Assembly: GCA_038870975.1 (NCBI GenBank)
Contig: JAVZJD010000002.1
Coordinates: 224,001 to 288,000 of the forward strand
Length of the DNA: 64,000 bases
DNA from: Candidatus Bathyarchaeia archaeon
Lineage (GTDB): Archaea > Thermoproteota > CALKCG01 > B24
Direction of reading: 5' to 3'
Shown: piece after piece, positions 1 to 10,704 of the stretch
How positions within the stretch are numbered: the first letter of the stretch is position 1
Layout: the number at the start of each line of letters is the position of its first letter
Notes under the pieces: model-generated
The model's database searches: none
Seen by the model: the letters and a program-made list of their open reading frames with translations, nothing else
Told to the model about the DNA's origin: nothing
Position numbers and translations under genes: made by a program

Positions 1-695
1 TGCCTAAGGAAGCTCAATCTATCAGTTTCTACAGCGGGTGTTTTCGGAGCATGTGTAGCTGAGAGTATTTCTTCAAAGGAGGAGAAGGATGTACTCCAAG
101 CTCTATTCAACAGGGATACTTCCCCGTATTTTTCTCTTAGAAAATCTACAAGTGCTTGCTTACCTTCTGCTTCAGGCGGGAGAAGCATGTAGTCGTCGAA
201 GAGGTCTCTCTTAGACCTCCAATCCGGTGCCCATCTTAATTCGTTATCTGTGAAATATCCAAGGAGATACTTATCGTTTCTCCTAGACGCGCATATCTTA
301 CTGGATACCTCTTCCGCCACTTGTTTAAACTTCTTCGAGAAGTAGTCTGTCACAGCTCCACTCTGCCAGTTTGCACCAGCCTTAAGAGCCATATCGAGAA
401 TAATCGTATAGGGCATTCCCTCACCATAGGTTTCTTCACTCGACCATGCACCTATAGTATTAAACCCCCACCCTTTAAGCCTAGCAATCGTCTCCTTAAC
501 CCATCTTTCAACAGAACCATACTTCTCCATAATATGCCTATTGTAGGGGCTGTATCCAAGAGACGGCGCATAATCCCCCAAATAATTTACGTGGTTTACA
601 CCTTTAGATATGAAAAGATTGCCTTCAGGGTCGACAAACCAGAATTTTCCATCGATTTTCTCAACGTGGAAAAACCCCGTAGCTCGGCTAGACAA
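1..695 (-). CDS. Agarase-like glycoside hydrolase (GH50/GH42-like), 3' end outside window
   Basis: Manual translation (not in ORF track): TTG start after GGGGGT SD; ATGFFHVEKIDGKFWFVDPEG...GVNHV...WGFNTIGAWS...LLGYFTDNELRW, motifs typical of beta-agarase-like GH-A enzymes. Confidence 0.75.
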   Translation of the reverse strand, partial: MSSRATGFFHVEKIDGKFWFVDPEGNLFISKGVNHVNYLGDYAPSLGYSPYNRHIMEKYGSVERWVKETIARLKGWGFNTIGAWSSEETYGEGMPYTIILDMALKAGANWQSGAVTDYFSKKFKQVAEEVSSKICASRRNDKYLLGYFTDNELRWAPDWRSKRDLFDDYMLLPPEAEGKQALVDFLREKYGEVSLLNRAWSTSFSSFEEILSATHAPKTPAVETDRLSFLR

Positions 696-723
696 ACGAC
701 TACCCCCATTTTAATGTAGTGTA

Positions 724-1386
724 ATGGAGTATAAGCATTGTGGACTTAAACCTTGGAAGAGTTTAAAAGTAAAAGCTTATTACACCGTCATGTTAGAAAG
801 ACTCTCGATGGAGTCTACGTTAGTGAAAGGCTTTAATGTAAGCTTTTCAAGAGGAAAGTGTCTTTTAAATCCGTCTAATGTCACAGTTGAAGCCTATAAG
901 CCTGGAGGCTTTAAGAAAGGCGTTGTAGAGGCTTTAGCTTTAAGCTTCCCTCCGTCTAAAGCAACCTACTTTAGAGATTGGAACGCTGTAACGATTAAGG
1001 CATTTAATAGGCTGATAGGAGTTTATGAATCTGGCAAGGTTACTTTCTGCGCATCAGGCGATGAGGAGGTTGAAAAAATCTTAGATTATGTCAACCATAT
1101 TATTGAGAGCACTTCTAATGAAATCGCAGAGAAGGGTGTTCCAAGGGTTGAAGACGTGGAATCATGGAGTAGGCTTACACCATTGGATTTATACAAACAT
1201 CTCCCTAAAACTAATTGTAGAGAGTGCGGTGAAGATACGTGTATAGCTCTAGCCGCTAAAGTACTATCGGGCGAAAAACCCCTCAAAGACTGTAAACCCC
1301 TCTCAAAGCCTGAGAATAGGAGGCTGCTCGAGGAGTTTAGGAGAAGGCTTGGCGACAAAGCTCTTAAAGCATTAGGTTGGGAATAG
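724..1386 (+). CDS. Protein with C-terminal putative Fe-S cluster domain (true start probably near 808)
   Basis: LPKTNCRECGEDTCIALAAKVL...C motif of the FeS domain also found in CdhE/RnfB. Confidence 0.7.
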   Translation: MEYKHCGLKPWKSLKVKAYYTVMLERLSMESTLVKGFNVSFSRGKCLLNPSNVTVEAYKPGGFKKGVVEALALSFPPSKATYFRDWNAVTIKAFNRLIGVYESGKVTFCASGDEEVEKILDYVNHIIESTSNEIAEKGVPRVEDVESWSRLTPLDLYKHLPKTNCRECGEDTCIALAAKVLSGEKPLKDCKPLSKPENRRLLEEFRRRLGDKALKALGWE

Positions 1387-1452
1387 AAGACTTCATAAAC
1401 CTACTGATGAGACTATATCTCGCGAAAAGTCTTATTTAGAGGTCGATATGGA

Positions 1453-2214
1453 TTGCCTATTCACGTCTTCATCCTAGGAATGGCCGGTTGTGGTAAAACA
1501 TCTCTCACAGCTAAATTCACCTATTGGCTAAGAAGGAACATTGGACTTAAGGCTATAGCAGTAAACTTGGATTCAGGTGCTATAAATCTGCCCTATGAAG
1601 CATATATAGACGTGAGGAAATTCTTCACTTTAGAAGAGCTTATGCTGAAGGAGGGACTTGGACCCAACGGTGCCATGGTATATTCTATGGAAATCTTAGA
1701 GAAGATGACACCAAATATTGTAAAAGCTCTAGCTGAAGCAGACTACGACATCGCCGTGATGGATACACCTGGGCAAAACGAAGTATTCTCCTTCAGACCA
1801 GCTGGTCCAAGGGTAGTTGAAGCCTTTACAAAATTAGGGCCATCCGTAGGTGTCTTCCTCATAGATGCTTCAACCATAGTTAAGCCATCGGATTTAGTTG
1901 CCTGCTTCTCAGTATCCATAGCCTCTCAGATAAGGCTTAGAATACCGGTCATAGTGGCCTTAAGCAAGATAGATAAAGCCCTCTTAAACGGTTTAGATAG
2001 ACTACTCACTGACTACAAGTTCCTGAGGTTGAGCGTTAAAAATGAAGTCGGGGAAGGCTTAAATAAAGACTTCACTCTACACCTATTAAGAACCTATAGA
2101 AACTTCATGAAAATCCAGAAGCCTGTAAAAACATCTGCCCTAACAGAAAAAGGCTTGGAAGAACTCTACGATACGATACATGAAGCTCTATGTGAATGCG
2201 GCGATTTAACTTAA
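1453..2214 (+). CDS. GPN-loop GTPase
   Basis: GMAGCGKT P-loop, GLGPNGA GPN loop, DTPGQ. Confidence 0.9.
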   Translation: MPIHVFILGMAGCGKTSLTAKFTYWLRRNIGLKAIAVNLDSGAINLPYEAYIDVRKFFTLEELMLKEGLGPNGAMVYSMEILEKMTPNIVKALAEADYDIAVMDTPGQNEVFSFRPAGPRVVEAFTKLGPSVGVFLIDASTIVKPSDLVACFSVSIASQIRLRIPVIVALSKIDKALLNGLDRLLTDYKFLRLSVKNEVGEGLNKDFTLHLLRTYRNFMKIQKPVKTSALTEKGLEELYDTIHEALCECGDLT

Positions 2215-3212
2215 GCTTTCAACCACTCTTCCTTAGAGTATTGAGCACGTTTTCCATGCGCTGCGATTTGAGGTGGAGGTTTCTCCCCTCGGTGAATGTA
2301 CTGGTAGGCTTCTCTGTGCCTCTGGTAGTACATGCATGCTGGTTCAAAGCCCAGTTCTTTCTGAAGCTGTTCAACCGTAATAGTAGAATCTATGGGTTCT
2401 ACGAGGAATAGTCCATCATCTAGGCTTGAACGTACCTCTACACGGTTTGAGTAGAGCTTCATTATCTTATCAGGAATACTGTAGTTGAAATCGTAATGTG
2501 CAACTGTAAAGTCTAGGTTTACATCGTGAACTGCGACGTTTTTAAGCTCATCTGTTTCAGCTAGAATATTTCCCAAGGGGTCTATTATCTTAGATTTATC
2601 CGATCTTACGGAGGATACAATGTAGTAGTGGTGTAAATAGGCGTAGACTTGTAGTGCAAAACCTCCGTTGTAAGCTGAGCACCAGACAACCATTCTGGCG
2701 TTTTTATCAGCTAAAGTCTGCCAAGTCTCGGGAAAGCCTATGTCGAAACATATTTGAATACCTATCCGTCCGAAGTCTAAATCGAAGACTTTAGCCTCAC
2801 TTCCAGGTGTTACACCGTCTTCAAAAACCGTATAATCGCTTGAAGATGTGACAGGGTGGATTTTATCATATACCCCTATGATGTCTCCAGACCTATCTAT
2901 GACGACTGCCGAATTCCATATCTTTCCATCCCTCTTAGTATAGAGGGGGCATATAATGTAGGAACTGTATTCAGTCGCCTTAATTGAAACCGTTTTTACA
3001 ATGGGTCCGGGTATTGCCTCAGCTAAGTCTTCAAGTGGTTTATTAACAGACACAGTTGCAAATGCCTCTGGTAGACAGACTAAATCAGGCTGATAGCTGA
3101 GAGCGATGTCCAGAAGCTTCATAACGTGTTTCAAATTCCCTTCGATAGTGTTGTAGAAACGATTGGCCTGGCAAACTGTTGCTACACGCGCCCTTTTACT
3201 CATATAGACCAC
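2211..3212 (-). CDS. Carbon-nitrogen hydrolase (nitrilase superfamily)
   Basis: LPEAF, YDKIHP, QICFD: E-K-C triad. Confidence 0.85.
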   Translation of the reverse strand: MVYMSKRARVATVCQANRFYNTIEGNLKHVMKLLDIALSYQPDLVCLPEAFATVSVNKPLEDLAEAIPGPIVKTVSIKATEYSSYIICPLYTKRDGKIWNSAVVIDRSGDIIGVYDKIHPVTSSSDYTVFEDGVTPGSEAKVFDLDFGRIGIQICFDIGFPETWQTLADKNARMVVWCSAYNGGFALQVYAYLHHYYIVSSVRSDKSKIIDPLGNILAETDELKNVAVHDVNLDFTVAHYDFNYSIPDKIMKLYSNRVEVRSSLDDGLFLVEPIDSTITVEQLQKELGFEPACMYYQRHREAYQYIHRGEKPPPQIAAHGKRAQYSKEEWLKA

Positions 3213-3320
3213 GTTAAACTCAAACTCTACTTCATGGTTTAAAAAGATTTCACCTGGGCTCTAGAGATTTATAGGAAACAGTTATTATCTTTTTAAGCCG
3301 TTTTAAAGTAGTGTGAAGCC

Positions 3321-3944
3321 TTGAATTCCAGCATTAAGAGGGTGAAAGAAGAGCTTAGGCTAGAAGTTTGGAGGCGGCTTGATGAGGCTAATGTGACGCT
3401 TCCTCCGAAACCGTGTTATGGGCGGATTCCAAATTTTATAGGTGCTTACGAAGCCGCCTTGAAAGCATCTAAGTTGACTGAGTGGGAGAATGCTAGAGTT
3501 GTTTTTATAAACCCAGATAGCCCTCAAAGGCATTTGAGGACTATAGCGTTAAAACAAGGTAAACTATTGATTATGGCATCTCCTAGACTTAAAAGCGGTT
3601 TTCTAGTAATAAATCCTTTAGAGGTTAAGGGGGTTGAAGAAGAGGCTTCGACTATCAGAGGTGCCTTCAAGTATGGAAGGATGAGTGAAACTGTAGCGTA
3701 CAAGCCAGACTTAATTGTGACAGGCTGTGTAGCAGTAGATGGGGAGTTCAACAGGCTTGGTAAAGGAGGAGGTTACGGCGATAAAGAGATATCCATAGTA
3801 AAGGGTAAGTACGGGTCTAACATACCTGTTTTAACTACGATTCACGACCTACAGATCGTAGAGAAAATACCCGTAGAGCCACATGACTCAAAAGTTGATA
3901 TAGTTGTAACACCATCTAGAATTCTCAGGAGAAGACAAGCGTGA
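3321..3944 (+). CDS. 5-formyltetrahydrofolate cyclo-ligase family (MTHFSD-like)
   Basis: GRIPNF, NPDSPQ, RLGKGGGYGD, HD motifs. Confidence 0.85.
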   Translation: MNSSIKRVKEELRLEVWRRLDEANVTLPPKPCYGRIPNFIGAYEAALKASKLTEWENARVVFINPDSPQRHLRTIALKQGKLLIMASPRLKSGFLVINPLEVKGVEEEASTIRGAFKYGRMSETVAYKPDLIVTGCVAVDGEFNRLGKGGGYGDKEISIVKGKYGSNIPVLTTIHDLQIVEKIPVEPHDSKVDIVVTPSRILRRRQA

Positions 3945-4375
3945 AAATCCTCACACTCTGCGGCGTAGCTCAAGCTAGAGTAGGCTGTACTTTCCTAGCT
4001 GGCAAACCGTCGGAGCAATGTATCAACTGTAGACTCTATAAAGTCTGTGTAGGTAAATTAGAGCCTCATAGGCTCTACCGTGTAGTAGAAGTCAGAGGCA
4101 GAGTTTTCCAATGTACACTTCATAAAGATGGTGTCAAACTGGTCGTAGTTGAAGAGAACCCTGTGGAAGCTGCTGTAGAAGACAAACTCATAGTGGAGGG
4201 AATGACGCTCGTATTCAGCCCAATCTTATGTAAAATCGACTGCATCAATAAAAGCCTCTGTACTCCAGAGGGGCTTATGAAAAACGATAGATGTCGAGTG
4301 GTTGAAGTCGGGGGAAGGTTGAACTGCCCCGCAGGGTTAAAGCTTAGGAGGGTTGTTCTTAGGAGGGTTCCTTAG
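3941..4375 (+). CDS. UPF0179 family Cys-rich protein
   Basis: CxxCxLxxVC...C..H...C pattern of archaeal UPF0179. Confidence 0.75.
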   Translation: MKILTLCGVAQARVGCTFLAGKPSEQCINCRLYKVCVGKLEPHRLYRVVEVRGRVFQCTLHKDGVKLVVVEENPVEAAVEDKLIVEGMTLVFSPILCKIDCINKSLCTPEGLMKNDRCRVVEVGGRLNCPAGLKLRRVVLRRVP

Positions 4376-5084
4376 CTTCTTTAGACTCTGTTTTAGCTTC
4401 GACACGTCTAGTATATTCCTCTGTAAACACTATCTTTGAAAACTCTGGTATGAATTTTAGAATGTCGTTCGCTATACCACGTTTTATAACCTGTATTCCA
4501 TCTATCATATAGCTCTCAGAAGGCATGTTTATGACTAGAACGTTTGAATTTAAAGATAGTGAAAACTTCTCAATTGGGATTGTGGGTAGACGTCTATGCA
4601 GTAACGCCTTAATCCTATTAATCGAATCTTTCACTTCACTCTTAACTTCAACTTCGTAGAGTAGGGTTTTACCCGCTAGCGGATGGTTGAAGTCCAATTG
4701 AACTCTACCTGATGATATACTTCTCACGGTCGCCAATGCATTTCTAAACCTTACCCTTGCGCCAGGCTGCAGGTTTGATTCACCTTTAAACATTCTAAGA
4801 GGTACGAGTTTCAATTTTGATGGGTCTCTAACACCGAAGCCCTTTTCAGGGGGGATTTCAATCTCTCTTTTCTCACCAACGTTCATCTCGTAGAGTTTCT
4901 CCTCTAAACCGCTTATAACCCAACCTTCCCCCAGAACCACCAACATTGGCTCGTAAATTACGTCCGAACTATAGATGTTAAACTTCCTAGCCTCTGCCTC
5001 AATAGTGGTATCGAAAACTTCGTTTGTATCTTTAACTCTAGCTACATATTCTATTGTTATGAAGTCTCCTTTCTGAAATGGCAT
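4359..5084 (-). CDS. slyD: FKBP-type peptidyl-prolyl isomerase, archaeal long type
   Basis: FDTT, IPPEKGFG, DFNHPLAGKTL. Confidence 0.9.
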   Translation of the reverse strand: MPFQKGDFITIEYVARVKDTNEVFDTTIEAEARKFNIYSSDVIYEPMLVVLGEGWVISGLEEKLYEMNVGEKREIEIPPEKGFGVRDPSKLKLVPLRMFKGESNLQPGARVRFRNALATVRSISSGRVQLDFNHPLAGKTLLYEVEVKSEVKDSINRIKALLHRRLPTIPIEKFSLSLNSNVLVINMPSESYMIDGIQVIKRGIANDILKFIPEFSKIVFTEEYTRRVEAKTESKEAKEPS

Positions 5085-5534
5085 GAATTCACCTCTTCCA
5101 GATGGAGTAATATACCTCTTTTAAGGTTTACTGTTATTAGAAGAGAGTATTAAACTATAATGCTAACGATACTCGATGATGAGTAGCTCGTAATATGGTA
5201 TATCCTCCCAAAACTTCCAGATATCCTTTCACTCCAACACAAACCTGCGTGTTTAAGTAGTGGCGCTCTAAATGACTCGATTTCTTCACAAGACTTACGT
5301 TTTTGAAAGAAAAAGCTCGAAGTCCAACTAAGAACATCCTTTACGTTTTTAAACTAGTCCCCTCCAGCTCTAAACTTCAATACATTTAGCCGCGTAGTCT
5401 TCAAGCCACCCATCGCCTAACAAGCTCTTGTAAAAGCTTTCAAACAGGTGCACGACTTCGGACTGAAAACCCTACATGTATTACCGTTCTAGAGGTATTG
5501 ATACAGCTAAAACGAGGGATTTAAGAACTATAAG

Positions 5535-6194
5535 TTAACTCGAGCCTACTCTTTTTAAGAATACCTTCGGCTGGTCATTTAACTCCAGAATTGCGTAGAA
5601 GTTTTGTTTGGCCGGGCCAGGGTTTACGATTAGAGTTTCACCCAGTCGGTCCATACCCCTAGCCTCATGTATATGGCCATGTACGACGGCTAGGGGTTTA
5701 TACTCCTCTATGAACTTTCTTAAAGCTCTGCTTCCCGCGTGTAAACCAAGGGATGTTAAATCGGTTGAGGTATCCGCTGGAGGACTATGGGAGACGACTA
5801 TTAAACGTCCTTTAAAATCGTTTAAAGCCCCTTTAACTATTCGATATATCTCTTCTTCTTCAAATTCTATCCTAGTGGAGAACGGTGTCTTAGGAGAGCC
5901 TCCTATGCCTAAGAAGGCTGTTGAATCTGACATGTGAAGTTTACTGTGTATGTTTAAAGCATCTTGAACGTTTCCCGAGGTTAAAAGAGCTGGTGGGTCG
6001 CAATTTCCAGGGACGAAAAACGTTTTAAGCCCTCTGAAGAAGCTTAACATTTTTTCAGCTTCATTTAAACTTCCAAAATGCGTAATATCGCCGCATATAA
6101 CGAGTAAATCTAGCTTAAGCTTCAATGCTTCTCTCGAAAGCGTGTAAGCTGCATTAAAACTGCTATGTATATCGCTTAAAACCATGACCTTCAA
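5535..6194 (-). CDS. Calcineurin-like metallophosphoesterase
   Basis: SDIH, GD, GNCD, HSPP, HGHIHE. Confidence 0.9.
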   Translation of the reverse strand: MKVMVLSDIHSSFNAAYTLSREALKLKLDLLVICGDITHFGSLNEAEKMLSFFRGLKTFFVPGNCDPPALLTSGNVQDALNIHSKLHMSDSTAFLGIGGSPKTPFSTRIEFEEEEIYRIVKGALNDFKGRLIVVSHSPPADTSTDLTSLGLHAGSRALRKFIEEYKPLAVVHGHIHEARGMDRLGETLIVNPGPAKQNFYAILELNDQPKVFLKRVGSS

Positions 6195-6195
6195 T

Positions 6196-6474
6196 CTACC
6201 ACCATCTTATTTCAAAAGTTTTAAACTCACCCACGTATGGTTCTTCGTAAAAAACGACACTATCCACTTTAGCTGACGATGGCCCTCTTCGACACCATGC
6301 TAAAACTCTTCTAACAGCCTCCTCCTCTCCTTCTAATACTGCTTCAACCCTTCCATCTGGGAGATTTCTAACCCACCCGTAGACACCGTTTGAAAGAGCC
6401 ATCCTCCTCAAGTGATGTCTAAAGCCTACCCCTTGAACAAAGCCTTGTATGAATACGTGGATGCGGGTTTTCAT
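6196..6474 (-). CDS. acyP: Acylphosphatase
   Basis: VQGVGFR, GWVRNLPDGRVE. Confidence 0.95.
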   Translation of the reverse strand: MKTRIHVFIQGFVQGVGFRHHLRRMALSNGVYGWVRNLPDGRVEAVLEGEEEAVRRVLAWCRRGPSSAKVDSVVFYEEPYVGEFKTFEIRWW

Positions 6475-6566
6475 CTAAGGCTATAAGGATATGTGGGAAA
6501 TTTAAATCTTGAGGCTGGTCTAATTGTGTAGGGGATCTGATAAGAGAGACTACGTAATCTCAGCAC

Positions 6567-7703
6567 TCACCATAATACTTTACCAGCCTCTGCTAAACCT
6601 ACACCGATTTTATCTACACCGTAGCCTAAGTATGCTAAAGAAGACTCGAGAGCGTTTACAGTAGCTAAGACTTCATAGGCTGAAATATTCCCCATGCACC
6701 CTATCCTGAAGATAGAGCCTCTCAGTTTACCCTGACCTCCTCCTATGACCACACCGTGTTTTAAACGCATAGTCTTTATGAGTTCTTCTGAATTAACGCT
6801 TTTAGGTGTTTTAACGGCTATCACAGTATTTGAACGGTATTCAGGTTCAAAAGGATACGGTTCTAAATCTAAGGATTCAATAGCTCTATAGAATGCTCTA
6901 GCACATTTTTCATGTCTAGCTATTCTAGCTTCAAGCCCCTCCTCTCTAACCATTTTCAATGCTTCACTGAGCGCGTAGAAGAGTGGAATACTAGGCGTGT
7001 AGGGGGTCTGTCCCCTCTCCATATATTCAAGGTAGGCTTTAAGATTGAAGTATATGCCTCTGTTTACCCTTTTAGCCTCCTCTATGAAGCGTTCACTAAC
7101 TGAAACGAAGGCTAATCCTGGAGGTGCTGCTATACACTTCTGACTACCTGTGACACATGCATCAATACCCCATTTATCCACCGGGAGTTCAACTCCTCCT
7201 AGGCTCGAAACAGCATCAACTATAACCAGTGCATCATGATCGTGAGCGATACGCGATATTTCAGCGAGGTCTCTAACTAAAACACCTGTAGACGTCTCAT
7301 TGTGGATTATCAGTATTGCTTTCACATTACGCTCTCTAGTGAAGGCTTCTTCAACCATATCCGGTTTAACAGAAAACCCCCACTCAACTGGTATTCTTAA
7401 GGCTCTACCGCCGTAAGCCTCAACTATCTCAGCAAATCTGTCGCAGAAGAAACCCATTGTCGGCACTATTACAGTATCACCTTTTTCAATGACGTTGCTC
7501 ACTGCAAACTCCATACCTCCAGTTCCAGAAGAAGTTAAAATTACAATCGGGTTTTCAGTTTGAAAAACATACTTGAGGTCTGCTTGAACCTCCTCTAGAA
7601 GCTGTTTAAATTCCGGTCCCCTATGGTTGATTAGAGGCCTACTCATGGCTAACATGACTCTTTGAGCTGGAGTGGTAGGTCCAGGTATCATTAGGAGAGG
7701 CAT
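6567..7703 (-). CDS. Class V PLP aminotransferase (serine-pyruvate/alanine-glyoxylate type)
   Basis: MIPGPT, HNETSTG, DAVSS, GSQKC. Confidence 0.9.
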   Translation of the reverse strand: MPLLMIPGPTTPAQRVMLAMSRPLINHRGPEFKQLLEEVQADLKYVFQTENPIVILTSSGTGGMEFAVSNVIEKGDTVIVPTMGFFCDRFAEIVEAYGGRALRIPVEWGFSVKPDMVEEAFTRERNVKAILIIHNETSTGVLVRDLAEISRIAHDHDALVIVDAVSSLGGVELPVDKWGIDACVTGSQKCIAAPPGLAFVSVSERFIEEAKRVNRGIYFNLKAYLEYMERGQTPYTPSIPLFYALSEALKMVREEGLEARIARHEKCARAFYRAIESLDLEPYPFEPEYRSNTVIAVKTPKSVNSEELIKTMRLKHGVVIGGGQGKLRGSIFRIGCMGNISAYEVLATVNALESSLAYLGYGVDKIGVGLAEAGKVLW

Positions 7704-7740
7704 TGTAGCACCTCCATTAGCCCATCCATTTTAGCGAATT

Positions 7741-9093
7741 CTAAGCTTTAAGTTTTCCCCTAATGTACGCTACGACTTTTTCAACCTGTTCTACAGCTGT
7801 ACCTATGTAGTTTTCAGGCTTCATAGCTTTCTCGACTTCTTCAACCGTTAAATATTTTCTCACATCGGAGTTTTCTGCTAAAACATCTCTAAGCCGTTTA
7901 CCAGCTTTCCAAGCTTCCATAGAACATCTTCTAACCACTTCGTGAGCCCACTGTCTATCAGCTCCTTTAGAAACCATTGCTATCATAACTGCTTCAGACA
8001 TTATGAGGTCCTTCTGAGCCTCAAGGTTTCTCCTTACATTCTCAGGATAAACTCTTAATCCTCTTAAGACGTCAGCCATAGTTTTTAGTTGCTCATCTAA
8101 AAGTAGGCATACCTCTGGTAGCATAACTCTTTCACAACTACTGTTGGTTAAGTCTCTCTCATGTTCTAACACTATATTCTCCAATGCAGCCAAAGCCATA
8201 GATCTTACAATCCTAGCTAAACCACAGACTTTTTCGCATTTGATCGGGTTTCGTTTATGCGGCATGGTGCTCGAGCCGACTTGAGAATCCTCTCTAAAGG
8301 GCTCTTCAACTTCTCCTATCTCACTCCTCTGAAGGTTTCGAATTTCATTAGCAATCTTATCCAATGTTGAAGATATCATAGCGGTTAATAACGCAAACTC
8401 TGCTATTCCATCTCTAGGAACGACTTGAGTAGCAATCGTAGGCTCGTAAACACCCATAATCGCCATAACTCTCTTTTGAATTTGAAAACCCTTATCTCCA
8501 AAGCTTGCCATAGTCCCAACTGCACCGCTCATCTTGCCTACGCATATCCTAGGCTTAGCTTCTTCAAGTCTCTCTATATGGCGTACGACCTCTGAGGCAT
8601 AAACTGCGAATTTAAAGCCCATGGTTGTCGGTAGTGCTGCAACTCCGTGCGTTCTACCGAGACAGACAAGGCTCTTGTATTTTTCAGATAGGTCTACCAG
8701 CTTAAGAGCAACGTCTTTCAACCTAGATTCGATTAGGCTTATAGAATCTCTCAACTGTGTAGCTAGAACTGTGTCCGTTATATCGTTGGAAGTAGCACCA
8801 ACGTGTATATACCCTCCATATGTGCCGCTTTTTTCAGCTAGAGCTTTCACAACAGCCATAACTTCATGGTCTGTTACACGCTCCCAACGCTCGACGTCTT
8901 CAAGCGTTACATCGCCGCTTTCGATAAGACTGTGGATTTTTTCAGCCGCTTCCAGAGGAGCCAACCCAACTTCAGATAGAGCCCTTAGAAGAGCAACCTC
9001 AACCATGATCATTCTTCTAAGCCATTCGTTTCTATCCCATATTCTCCTCATCTCAGCAGTTCCATACCTGTATTCAACCGGGTGAACTGGCAT
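7741..9093 (-). CDS. purB: Adenylosuccinate lyase
   Basis: GRTHG, GSSTMPHKRNP signature. Confidence 0.95.
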   Translation of the reverse strand: MPVHPVEYRYGTAEMRRIWDRNEWLRRMIMVEVALLRALSEVGLAPLEAAEKIHSLIESGDVTLEDVERWERVTDHEVMAVVKALAEKSGTYGGYIHVGATSNDITDTVLATQLRDSISLIESRLKDVALKLVDLSEKYKSLVCLGRTHGVAALPTTMGFKFAVYASEVVRHIERLEEAKPRICVGKMSGAVGTMASFGDKGFQIQKRVMAIMGVYEPTIATQVVPRDGIAEFALLTAMISSTLDKIANEIRNLQRSEIGEVEEPFREDSQVGSSTMPHKRNPIKCEKVCGLARIVRSMALAALENIVLEHERDLTNSSCERVMLPEVCLLLDEQLKTMADVLRGLRVYPENVRRNLEAQKDLIMSEAVMIAMVSKGADRQWAHEVVRRCSMEAWKAGKRLRDVLAENSDVRKYLTVEEVEKAMKPENYIGTAVEQVEKVVAYIRGKLKA

Positions 9094-9155
9094 AATCTGT
9101 CACCTACTAAACCGTAAAGGTAATAAGTGATTATTTAAAATTCTGTTAAACATGT

Positions 9156-10694
9156 ATGTGCGGCTATAAAGTGATATTGACTGCAGATGACACACTAATG
9201 TGTAATTATGGAGGCAATATTTTTCTAGGTTTTATGACGACTGGCCCAGTTTCGGGATTTAAGCCATTTAACGTCGCCATGAAATTCCTACTAAAGCCTA
9301 TACCAGTAGATGCTAGAGGGGCGGCTATTACGGCGCCCCTATCTCTGAGGATAATCGAGAGTATATTAATAGATTCAAACGTCGTAAAACCAGATGAAAT
9401 AGTTGTAACACACCCGAGATCTCTATCTAAGGTAATCTCCGAGGAGACTAGGATTATAGGTGTAAGTGTAATGGATCCTAAGGGTTTAGGACCAGCATCA
9501 TCGACCTTCTCCGGGCCCTATGGACTTATACACAGTGAACCCTATTCCGCCTACATGTTTAAGAGGCTTATTAGAAGCGAGGTTGTGCAGAAAGCGAGGA
9601 AGTGGGCCACCCTTGTAGTTGGTGGTTCTGGCGCATGGCAACTTACTATGGACGACTTAAATAAGCTAGGAATAGATGTACTATTCATAGGTGAAGCCGA
9701 GGAGGAGATCTCAAGACTTTTCAGAAGGCTTATCGAAGATGGGAGACCTGAGAAGCCGATGATTATTACAGCTAATCCAAGCCGCAGTATGCCTAGGATT
9801 AAAGGTGCAACCATATGCGGTCTAGTTGAGATATCTAGAGGCTGTGGAAGAGGCTGTAGATTCTGCACACCTACTATGAGGATTTTAAGACATAAGCCTT
9901 TAGAGGATATTCTACACGATGTGAAGGTGAATGTTGAAGCTGGTCAGAGAAACATATGCCTACACGCTGAGGATGTCCTTCAGTATGGTGGGACGGCCTT
10001 TAAGAAAAGGCCAGATTTGGTGTTTAAACTGTTCAGCTCAGTTATGAGCGTCGAGGGTGTTAGGTTTACCTCGGTGAGCCATGCGGCTTTAAGCTCCATA
10101 GCTGAGAACCCGAGGCTAGTCTCAGACATCAGTGAGGTCCTAGGTCTATCTAAGAGCAGATGGCTTGGATATCAGACTGGTATTGAAACGGGAAGCGTTA
10201 AGCTGATAGATAAGCTTATGCATATGAAGCCTTATCCATTTACGCCTAGAGAGTGGCCTAATGTTGTTGAAGAAGCCTTTAAGATAAGCTCAGACTACAA
10301 TTGGATTCCAGCCGCTACGCTAATGCTCAATCTACCTGGTGAAGAGCCTGAAGACGTGTTGGCTACGGCTGATTTAGTCGATAGACTTAAACCCTATAAG
10401 AGTTTAATCGTTCCACTGCTGTATGTTCCAATGGTAGATTCTCAGGGGCATAAAGCCCGAAGGCTTTTGGAGGATGCTGATGATGCCTATTGGCAGCTAT
10501 ATCATGCGATATGGCGACACGACATGAAGTGGATACCGGTTATAGCCAAGGAGTATTTAGCCGAAACAAGTCCCAAAGTAAGCTTACCGATAAGGTTTTT
10601 CATAAGCTTTGTAAAGAACGTTGTAAACCCGTTGATAGAGTTGAAGCTTTCGCAAATCAAAACGCTTGAAATTGCGGAGAAAATTAAAACCTAA
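9156..10694 (+). CDS. B12-binding-like domain radical SAM protein
   Basis: CGRGCRFC motif; N-terminal VVGGSGAWQ/GEAE domain. Confidence 0.8.
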   Translation: MCGYKVILTADDTLMCNYGGNIFLGFMTTGPVSGFKPFNVAMKFLLKPIPVDARGAAITAPLSLRIIESILIDSNVVKPDEIVVTHPRSLSKVISEETRIIGVSVMDPKGLGPASSTFSGPYGLIHSEPYSAYMFKRLIRSEVVQKARKWATLVVGGSGAWQLTMDDLNKLGIDVLFIGEAEEEISRLFRRLIEDGRPEKPMIITANPSRSMPRIKGATICGLVEISRGCGRGCRFCTPTMRILRHKPLEDILHDVKVNVEAGQRNICLHAEDVLQYGGTAFKKRPDLVFKLFSSVMSVEGVRFTSVSHAALSSIAENPRLVSDISEVLGLSKSRWLGYQTGIETGSVKLIDKLMHMKPYPFTPREWPNVVEEAFKISSDYNWIPAATLMLNLPGEEPEDVLATADLVDRLKPYKSLIVPLLYVPMVDSQGHKARRLLEDADDAYWQLYHAIWRHDMKWIPVIAKEYLAETSPKVSLPIRFFISFVKNVVNPLIELKLSQIKTLEIAEKIKT

Positions 10695-10704
10695 GGTGGT
10701 TTAA

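Noticed and set aside
321-719. 132-aa plus-strand ORF
   Set aside because: Antisense shadow of the minus-strand glycoside hydrolase at 1-695
1387-1433. Type III hammerhead-like string: AAGACU-UC...CUGAUGA...GAAA-AGUCUU with a perfect stem III
   Set aside because: Stem I (AUAAACCUA) and stem II (GACUAUAUCUCGC) cannot pair. CGAAAAG-TCTTATTTA is better explained as the BRE/TATA of the downstream GTPase gene. A cmsearch with hammerhead models would settle it.
5175-5230. ATGATGA box C-like motif
   Set aside because: No CTGA box D at a suitable distance, so not callable as a C/D sRNA
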